From Coleofasciculaceae cyanobacterium (lineage in GTDB: Bacteria > Cyanobacteriota > Cyanobacteriia > Cyanobacteriales > Coleofasciculaceae): 24,000 nt of DNA. The notes below the pieces were generated by a model that had not been told where the DNA came from, did not search any database, and saw only the letters and a program-made list of their open reading frames with translations. The stretch spans positions 11,548 to 35,547 of the forward strand of contig JBAUJE010000237.1 in NCBI GenBank assembly GCA_049683475.1, in the 5' to 3' direction. The position numbers were made by a program, and so were the translations under genes. Shown here one piece after another: positions 1 through 6,238 of this stretch. The first letter of the stretch is position 1, and each line of letters opens with the position of its first letter.

Positions 1-1
1 G

Positions 2-124
2 TATGAACAAGCCTTAGAAATTGCTGAACGAAAACTAGGAGTTAAGCATCCCCATACAAATATTATCCGTAAGAATCTGCTCAGTTTAGGGCAGAAGGTA
101 AAGGGCAGAGGACAGAGGGTATAG
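2..124 (+). CDS. 3' end of a TPR-repeat protein (partial, continues upstream of the window)
   Basis: Frame 2 is open from the window edge to TAG at 122-124. The translation YEQALEIAERKLGVKHPHTNIIRKNLLSLGQKVKGRGQRV resembles the TPR_10/12-type repeat pattern (YEQAL.I.E..LG..HP.T). It is absent from the ORF track because there is no start codon in the window. Confidence 0.5.
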   Translation, partial: YEQALEIAERKLGVKHPHTNIIRKNLLSLGQKVKGRGQRV

Positions 125-160
125 GGCAAAAGTAATTATCAAGAGAGTAGAAAAATAACT

Positions 161-225
161 GTAGGGTGGGCAAGTTCAACTGATGATAGCATCAGCTTCT
201 CGACCTAGATTCTTGCCCACCCTAC
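161..225. terminator. Long stem-loop between convergent genes, probably the slt terminator
   Basis: Perfect 14-bp inverted repeat GTAGGGTGGGCAAG (161-174) / CTTGCCCACCCTAC (212-225). A nested 6-bp stem CTGATG/CATCAG lies at 180-195. On the minus strand the stem is followed by AGTTATTTTT. It sits between the TPR gene end (124) and the slt stop (272). Confidence 0.55.
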
Positions 226-267
226 CCGCTTCTCCGCGTCCCCGCTTCTCCGTGTCCCCGCGTCTCC
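225..267. repeat. 16-bp tandem repeat, about 2.7 copies (CCCGCTTCTCCGYGTC)
   Basis: Read directly: cccgcttctccgcgtc (225-240), cccgcttctccgtgtc (241-256), cccgcgtctcc (257-267). It lies immediately 3' of the slt stop codon on the minus strand. Confidence 0.85.
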
Positions 268-271
268 TTCT

Positions 272-2494
272 TCAATTCTTCACCAACTGCTTATCCCCAG
301 AATACTTAGCCACCATCTTGGAAACTTCCGGATTATACAACCGCAGATAATTCCAATAATTACCAAACACCGTCTCTACATAACCTTTTGTTTCTGGGAA
401 AGGAATTTGTTCAATAAAAGCATCAGGATCGGTAAAGCCATATTTTGCTACCCACTTAGCCACATTACCCGGACCTGCATTATAACTAGCCACAGCTAAT
501 AAAGAGTTGTCGCTGTATTCCTGGTGAGTATGGTCTAAATACCAGGTTCCTAATCTAATATTGTCGTTGGGGTCTTCCATGCTGTACTCAGTCAGGTCAA
601 TTTTCTGAGCAACCCATTTGGCTGTTCCTGGCATTACTTGCATTAAACCAGTAGCGCCAGCAACGGAGCGGATTTTTGCCTCAAACCGAGACTCTTGCCG
701 AATTAAACCTGTCACCAGTAAGGGATTAAGCTGATTCTGACTAGACCAATAAGCAACTTGCTCGAAAAAGGGAAAAGGAAATAAAGCATGCCAGTAAGCT
801 GGTTCTTCCCGTAGCTTTTTCCATTCTTCTTGCTCTTCTGGTGTATCTCGCCGACTCAAATACCAGATTTGATTAATACCTTTAAGATTGTCCCCTACTC
901 CTAAGCGCATTAGACCGTCGGTAAATTGTTCGGCTACAGTCAGCTCTTGGGGGTTCTTGATTTCCATCTGCCAAAGGGCCCAGACATCTCTATCCTGACC
1001 AAGTTGGTAGAGTTCTTTTAATGCGGCAGAGCCAGCAGGTGGTATTGATCTTCCTTTAGCTTGTACAATTTCTGGTGTCAAATAACGTACTGTATTAAAG
1101 TCTCCCACATCCCAGCCCAAAAAACGGGCAGAGCGCCAAGCATAAAAAGATTCTGGATAGGTTGCCAGGACGTGTTCAAAGGCAGCTTGAGCCTCCTTCT
1201 GGCGATCAATCTCAAGAGCCCATCTCCCTACCCAAAAGGCAGCTTCGGGAGCTAAAGAACTATCGGGAGCATCAGTAGTAATGGGTTGAGCCCATTTCCA
1301 TGCTTCTTCAAACTTACCCTCAGCGGCTTTACGTTCAGCCACCTGCCAGCGATACTGAGCAGCAGCATCTGATTGAGGATATTGGCTTAAGACCGATTGA
1401 CGAGCTTGGCCTGCTGATTTACCACTGCCTAAAGCATCAAGAATTTTTGCTTTTGCCAGTAAAGCTTCCGGTGCTTCGTTGGGAAAGTTGTTAATTACCT
1501 GGTCAAGATAAACCAGAGCATCCTCTGACTTAGACAAACTAGCTAAATGCTTAGTGCCAAGCCCAGTTTCTTTGGCATTGGGAAATTGATTAATCAGCTT
1601 TTGGTAAGCAGTTCTGGCTTCTGCCCTTTTGCCTTTGAGGTGAAAACCTCTGCCAGTACGATAGGCATTACGGGCAGTTAAGGGAGACTTAGCATAGGCT
1701 TGAGCAGCTTTCCCGTATTCCCAAGTATCCCAGTAACCAGTGGCAATTACTTCCCAATCTTGTGGTGTGAGTTGGGAGGCAAAATTAGCCATTAAGCGAT
1801 CGCGCACACCACTCATTCCTTCTGCGTTGGGCGTATACTTAGCTAGCAGCATCAGCAAGGGAAGCTGATTAGGTTTCTCTTTGAGCTTTTGTCTAACAAT
1901 TTCCTGGGTGCGGGGATGATTGGGGAACTGAGCAATCAACTGACTCCAGTAATCGGGGTTTGATTTGCCCAAGACATAGAGGGCTTCCCCTGCTACTGGC
2001 TGTTGAGGGTATTTTTCAAGGATATTTTTCCAGGCTGCTTCTGCTTTGGCCTGATCTTCTATTTTTTCATAGGCTTGGGCGCGTTTGAGGGCAATTTGGG
2101 GCGCTAAGATTTGGTAGTCCGATTCCAGCCCTTCCAACCACTTGAGTGCAGCTTCTTCTTGATTTTGTTCAATCAAGTCTGAGGCTAAAAGATAACGGGC
2201 ACGATATTTATCGAGAGAATTAGAGCCAGATAGGAGAGAACCAACTATTTCTCCTTTGGCTGCAGCTTCTAGCTGGGATGCCCTTTGCTGGGGGGGCAGC
2301 GATACTAAGGGTAAAACTGCAGATTTTCCCTCCTTCTGGGTTAGGTTTGATAGATTTTCCGCTTTTTCTTGACCCGTCAACTTGGCAAATACACCAGTCA
2401 TTCTCATCGCCAAGACTGATGAGCCAACCAGCGCAGGCACTAGTATCATTGCGCCTACTGCCACAGGAATTTTCTTTTTCCGTCCCTTTAGCAT
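272..2494 (-). CDS. slt: Soluble lytic murein transglycosylase (Slt70-like): N-terminal anchor/signal, TPR-like superhelical domain, C-terminal SLT domain
   Basis: 740-aa ORF. The C-terminal region carries SLT family motifs: IRQESRFE (catalytic Glu region), GLMQVMPGTAKW, ASYNAGPGNVAKW. The N-terminus is hydrophobic (IPVAVGAMILVPALVGSSVLA). The long helical-repeat middle region is typical of Slt70. Confidence 0.9.
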   Translation of the reverse strand: MLKGRKKKIPVAVGAMILVPALVGSSVLAMRMTGVFAKLTGQEKAENLSNLTQKEGKSAVLPLVSLPPQQRASQLEAAAKGEIVGSLLSGSNSLDKYRARYLLASDLIEQNQEEAALKWLEGLESDYQILAPQIALKRAQAYEKIEDQAKAEAAWKNILEKYPQQPVAGEALYVLGKSNPDYWSQLIAQFPNHPRTQEIVRQKLKEKPNQLPLLMLLAKYTPNAEGMSGVRDRLMANFASQLTPQDWEVIATGYWDTWEYGKAAQAYAKSPLTARNAYRTGRGFHLKGKRAEARTAYQKLINQFPNAKETGLGTKHLASLSKSEDALVYLDQVINNFPNEAPEALLAKAKILDALGSGKSAGQARQSVLSQYPQSDAAAQYRWQVAERKAAEGKFEEAWKWAQPITTDAPDSSLAPEAAFWVGRWALEIDRQKEAQAAFEHVLATYPESFYAWRSARFLGWDVGDFNTVRYLTPEIVQAKGRSIPPAGSAALKELYQLGQDRDVWALWQMEIKNPQELTVAEQFTDGLMRLGVGDNLKGINQIWYLSRRDTPEEQEEWKKLREEPAYWHALFPFPFFEQVAYWSSQNQLNPLLVTGLIRQESRFEAKIRSVAGATGLMQVMPGTAKWVAQKIDLTEYSMEDPNDNIRLGTWYLDHTHQEYSDNSLLAVASYNAGPGNVAKWVAKYGFTDPDAFIEQIPFPETKGYVETVFGNYWNYLRLYNPEVSKMVAKYSGDKQLVKN

Positions 2495-2696
2495 GAATCC
2501 TCAGTTTACGCAACAATGGCAAAATTTTTAACTTAGTAAAAGCTGATTTCAGCTTAATTATCCTTAAATATTCAAATCATCTTTATTCTGCGACTGATCT
2601 TAGCGTCCTTTGCCCCAAGATAGCCCTGGGTATTTCTTTTTTTTGAGCAATACTGATAATTAGATACTTATATGGATTGGAAAGATAGAACGAGTA

Positions 2697-4175
2697 ATGG
2701 AAATTCGAGCAACGGATACCCCACGTATAGACTGGACTGGTGATGCCCTAGCAGTTGGCTTATTTGAGGAAGAGGAAGAGATAACTGGTGATTTAGCCCA
2801 GCTAGATGAGAAGCTTGCCGGTGCTATTAAAGAGCTAATTGAAGAAGCAGAATTTAAAGGTAAAGTTGGCAGCAGCGCTGCCTGTCGGGTGGGTGGCGGT
2901 AGCTCGATCCGTAAAATTATCTTGGTAGGGCTAGGTAAATCAGAAGCCCTGAGTTTAAATAGCGTCCGTAATGCTGCTGCTGCGATCGCTCGACTGGCAA
3001 AGCGGGAAAAGAGCAAAACTTTGGCTATCAGTTTACCAGTGGTTAATGAAGATCTGGCAGCTACAGCACAAGTAATTACGGAAGGCTTGCTGTTGGCGCT
3101 GCACGTTGATAATCGCTTTAAAAGTGATCCAGAAGATAAGGTAACCAAGCTACAAACCGTTGATTTATTAGGCTTGCCAAGCCAGGAAGCCGCCATTACT
3201 AAGGGTAGACAAATTGCTGATGGTGTGATTCTAGCCAGAGAGCTAGTAGCTGCACCAGCTAATACAGTGACGGCGATAACCCTAGCTCAAACAGCCGAAG
3301 AAATTGCCTCCCAGCATGGTCTTTCTCTAGAAATTTTAGAAAAGGAAGAGTGCCAAAAGCTTGGTATGGGTGCTTTTCTAGGAGTTGCCCAAGCTTCAGA
3401 CTTACCACCAAAATTTATTCATTTGACCTATAAACCAGAGGGTACACCTCGCCGTAAATTAGCGATTGTAGGTAAAGGGCTAACTTTTGACTCTGGTGGC
3501 TTGAACATCAAAGGTGCTGGCAGTGGCATTGAAACCATGAAAATGGATATGGGTGGTGCTGCGGCTACTTTAGGTGCTGCCAAGGCAATTGGTCAGTTGA
3601 AGCCAGATGTCGAGGTTCACTTCATCAGTGCGGCAACGGAAAATATGATCAGTGGTCATGCCATGCATCCGGGGGACATTCTCACGGCATCCAATGGTAA
3701 GACGATTGAAGTTAATAACACCGATGCCGAAGGAAGACTAACCTTAGCAGATGCCCTAGTCTTTGCAGAAAAACAGGAAGTAGATGCCATTGTTGACTTA
3801 GCTACCTTAACTGGTGCTTGTGTTGTTGCCCTAGGCAATGATATTTCTGGTATGTGGTCAACTGATGACTCTTTAGCTTCCCAACTTAAAACGGCTTCTG
3901 AAGCTGCTGGTGAAAAATTCTGGCAGATGCCGATGGAAGAGAAGTATTTTGATGGTCTTAAGTCGCCAATTGCTGATATGAAGAATACTGGGCCTCGTGC
4001 AGGGGGTTCAATTACTGCGGCCCTATTCTTAAAGCAGTTTGTTAAAGAAACCCCTTGGGTTCATTTAGATATTGCTGGGCCAGTTTGGGCTGATAAGGAA
4101 AATGGTGTTGTCAACGCCGGTGCTACTGGTTTCCCTGTTCGTACCCTTGTTAACTGGGTTTTAGGTGAAGCTTAG
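2697..4175 (+). CDS. pepA: Leucyl aminopeptidase, M17 family
   Basis: 492-aa ORF with an ATG start. M17 signature NTDAEGRL, plus [11 protein letters not shown] and [10 protein letters not shown] metal and active-site motifs. Confidence 0.95.
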   Translation: MEIRATDTPRIDWTGDALAVGLFEEEEEITGDLAQLDEKLAGAIKELIEEAEFKGKVGSSAACRVGGGSSIRKIILVGLGKSEALSLNSVRNAAAAIARLAKREKSKTLAISLPVVNEDLAATAQVITEGLLLALHVDNRFKSDPEDKVTKLQTVDLLGLPSQEAAITKGRQIADGVILARELVAAPANTVTAITLAQTAEEIASQHGLSLEILEKEECQKLGMGAFLGVAQASDLPPKFIHLTYKPEGTPRRKLAIVGKGLTFDSGGLNIKGAGSGIETMKMDMGGAAATLGAAKAIGQLKPDVEVHFISAATENMISGHAMHPGDILTASNGKTIEVNNTDAEGRLTLADALVFAEKQEVDAIVDLATLTGACVVALGNDISGMWSTDDSLASQLKTASEAAGEKFWQMPMEEKYFDGLKSPIADMKNTGPRAGGSITAALFLKQFVKETPWVHLDIAGPVWADKENGVVNAGATGFPVRTLVNWVLGEA

Positions 4176-4186
4176 TTTTAGTTGAT

Positions 4187-4293
4187 GAGGGGATGGGAAG
4201 CTGGGAGAGATGGAGTTTGAGTTCCTCGTTGTTTATCGCATTAATTTCGACGTGTTATTATCTCTGCGCGTCCCCAAGTCTTCCCATCCCCTT
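4187..4293. terminator. Long imperfect inverted repeat between convergent genes (possible bidirectional terminator or small dispersed repeat)
   Basis: GAGGGGATGGGAAG (4187-4200) pairs with CTTCCCATCCCCT (4280-4292). An inner partial pairing joins GAGAGAT and ATCTCTG. It lies between the pepA stop (4175) and the end of the minus-strand ORF at 4304. Confidence 0.45.
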
Positions 4294-4303
4294 CAGAGAT
4301 AAT

Positions 4304-4681
4304 TCATAGCATGACAGTTTTCTCTGATTCTTCATCTGCCAGGGTAAAAGTTAGTGGAGTGCTGTCATCTTGATGAAAGTTAAGGATGACTTCTTGGCTA
4401 TTGGTAACAGTACTAAGGCTATAGATGTCTTCTTTTGCTGATGTGACGTGTGTCACTAAGTTATACGTAACACCTTCGGGAACTTGTACATCGCAGGCTG
4501 GTTCTTCTCCGACTTGAATCCAATCCACATTAACACCGCCAATAGTATCTCGGCCTATCTGTAAAGCAACATCATCGTAGCCATAGGCAAAGTCTTGGTT
4601 GCCACTGCTGAGTTGATGACAACTTATTATTCTCTGACAAGCTGCTTGATAATTTTCAGCCTTAATGGGAGTTGATTTCAT
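4304..4681 (-). CDS. Hypothetical protein, 125 aa, no recognisable domain
   Basis: Clean ATG-initiated ORF in a gap with no competing ORF. I recognise no motif. Acidic C-terminus (LADEESEKTVML). Confidence 0.5.
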   Translation of the reverse strand: MKSTPIKAENYQAACQRIISCHQLSSGNQDFAYGYDDVALQIGRDTIGGVNVDWIQVGEEPACDVQVPEGVTYNLVTHVTSAKEDIYSLSTVTNSQEVILNFHQDDSTPLTFTLADEESEKTVML

Positions 4682-4947
4682 CTTGCATCCCTTTCCGTAA
4701 AGTTAGTTGCCCTGTGAAATTTGCAAGCATTTGCCTGAATCCACAGAGCTAACAATTTAACGGAAAAGTAGTGATGTTCCTAGATGTTGTAGGCTAATTT
4801 AACTAATTTTTTAAATTACTTGATGCCTTTGTAAGAAATTGATAAAGTCGGCTTTCAATTTCTTAATTAATTCTTTAAATTAGCTGCCATTTGATAAAGG
4901 ATTGATGAAGAAATGAAAATGAAAGAATTTCCACTTTTCCATACCAA

Positions 4948-6036
4948 TCACTTCCATTCCGGATGAGTGGCTTCCTGGGAATAAGCACCCATTGTATTAA
5001 TCAAGGCAATCAGCTCATAGAGACGACCTAAGTCTCTACGATTAAAATACAAAACTAAGCGAGGCAGTTCGGCAGTTTCGTCGTGAGTTTCTTGCGGTAA
5101 TATACGGCTTTTTTCAATTTTACCTTTAACTAATAAGTCACTAAAATTCTGATTGAGATACTCTAGATTAGCTTCCGATAATTCAGATTTGAGACGAACG
5201 ACAAACTGCTCACCTACATAGCGGCTAGAGTGATAAACTCGGTAAAAGCTATTAATAGCTTCACAAGCTACATCTAAGTTATCGGTAACTGTATAAAGAC
5301 TTGAATCTTCTGGACTAACTAAACCAGCTTCGATTAAGTTTTTGCGGATATAGGCATCCCATTCTTGCCAGTAGGTGCCGCCTTGTTTATCAATTAAAAC
5401 TAAGGGTATTGGACCTGATCTTCCTGTCTGGCAAAGGGTTAGACACTCAAAAGCTTCATCTTGAGTCCCAAAACCACCAGGAAAAAGAGCGATCGCATCA
5501 CTTTCTTTCAAGAAAAATAGCTTGCGTGTGAAGAAATACTTGAAGTTAATTAGCTTAGGATCACCTTCAATAAAAGAATTTGCCCCTTGCTCAAAGGGCA
5601 GTGTAATATTCAAACCAAAGGAATTTTCAGATCCAGCACCTTCATGGCCAGCTTCCATGATGCCGCCACCGGCACCTGTCATAACCATGAACCCTTGTTG
5701 CACTAAATGGCGGGCAAATTCAGCTGCTAGTTTATACTCAGGGGTATCGCTTCCTATTCGTGCTGAGCCAAAAATTGTTACTTTCCGAACATGTCGGTAG
5801 GGATAAAAAATTTGAAACCCCTTCTCCATATCTTCTAGAGAAGCTGTCAAAATCTTCCAGTCTAAGCGCTCAATGTCCTCCCCGACCAATCTTATCAGCA
5901 CAGCTAACGCTCTTTTAATCCATTTCCCATGTTCTAGAGTGGGCAACTGCTCAAGTAGGACGGATAAATCTTTTTCAAGGGAATTGAGTTCATGCTCAGA
6001 AGGAGATAGAGTCATAGTTTCATAAACCGTTGGCAC
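4948..6036 (-). CDS. LOG / TIGR00730-family Rossmann-fold protein with N- and C-terminal extensions (PpnN-like nucleotide 5'-monophosphate nucleosidase candidate)
   Basis: 362-aa ORF. LOG family motifs TGAGGGIMEAGHEGA (GGGxGxMG-type) and FPGGFGTQDE (PGGxGTxxE). The annotated start is GTG at 6034-6036. An in-frame ATG 7 codons downstream (MTLSPSE) is an alternative. Confidence 0.8.
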   Translation of the reverse strand: MPTVYETMTLSPSEHELNSLEKDLSVLLEQLPTLEHGKWIKRALAVLIRLVGEDIERLDWKILTASLEDMEKGFQIFYPYRHVRKVTIFGSARIGSDTPEYKLAAEFARHLVQQGFMVMTGAGGGIMEAGHEGAGSENSFGLNITLPFEQGANSFIEGDPKLINFKYFFTRKLFFLKESDAIALFPGGFGTQDEAFECLTLCQTGRSGPIPLVLIDKQGGTYWQEWDAYIRKNLIEAGLVSPEDSSLYTVTDNLDVACEAINSFYRVYHSSRYVGEQFVVRLKSELSEANLEYLNQNFSDLLVKGKIEKSRILPQETHDETAELPRLVLYFNRRDLGRLYELIALINTMGAYSQEATHPEWK

Positions 6037-6081
6037 TCTATTCTACCGAGATTCTTCTCAGCCCGGTAGTATTTTCTCCTT

Positions 6082-6238
6082 TAAGGATGTATCGCTCTTG
6101 CAAAAACTTATTCCTGAAGTCAGAGGTAAATTTATTTTCGTTATATTAAGCTTTCTGCAAAGAAAATACTATTTATAGTAAGGATGTATCACTCTTGCAA
6201 GAACTCCGCCCTGAAGTCAAAGGTAAGTTTATCTTCGT
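6082..6238 (+). repeat. Imperfect 60-bp direct repeat (copies at 6082-6141 and 6179-6238, period 97 bp) duplicating the RBS and first 15 codons of the downstream gene
   Basis: Copy A is taaggatgtatcgctcttgcaaaaacttattcctgaagtcagaggtaaatttattttcgt. Copy B is taaggatgtatcactcttgcaagaactccgccctgaagtcaaaggtaagtttatcttcgt. There are 9 mismatches in 60. Copy A opens a 26-codon ORF (TTG 6098 to TAG 6176-6178) that starts MQKLIPEVRGKFIFV. The gene starts MQELRPEVKGKFIFV. Confidence 0.85.

Noticed and set aside
225-267. Short tandem repeats considered as a possible CRISPR array.
   Set aside because: The units are contiguous 16-mers with no spacers and only ~2.7 copies. No cas genes are present. No other regularly spaced repeats were seen in the window.
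2541-2554. The palindrome AGCTGATTTCAGCT in the slt/pepA divergent region, considered as an operator.
   Set aside because: It is a single short AT-rich palindrome that could arise by chance in a 200-bp AT-rich spacer. There is no second site or recognisable regulator motif.
2660-3196. 178-aa ORF antisense to pepA. Similar antisense or nested ORFs occur at 1061-1255, 1300-1494, 2220-2522, 3656-3838, 5522-5800, 6252-6719, 6872-7060, 9086-9280, 10934-11278, 16799-17032, 17016-17273, 17523-17729, 19748-19978, 20882-21139, 21582-21896, 23400-23711 and 23470-23673.
   Set aside because: Each lies inside, and mostly opposite to, a gene with strong family motifs. Their translations are low-complexity (Ser/Ala/Leu/Arg-rich) with no recognisable motifs. 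This is typical of shadow ORFs.
4304-6036. The LOG-like gene plus the downstream 125-aa ORF, considered as a two-gene toxin-antitoxin or defence pair.
   Set aside because: The genes are separated by a 266-bp AT-rich spacer with its own repeat motifs, so they probably have independent promoters. Neither shows toxin, nuclease or sensor motifs. There is no supporting context.
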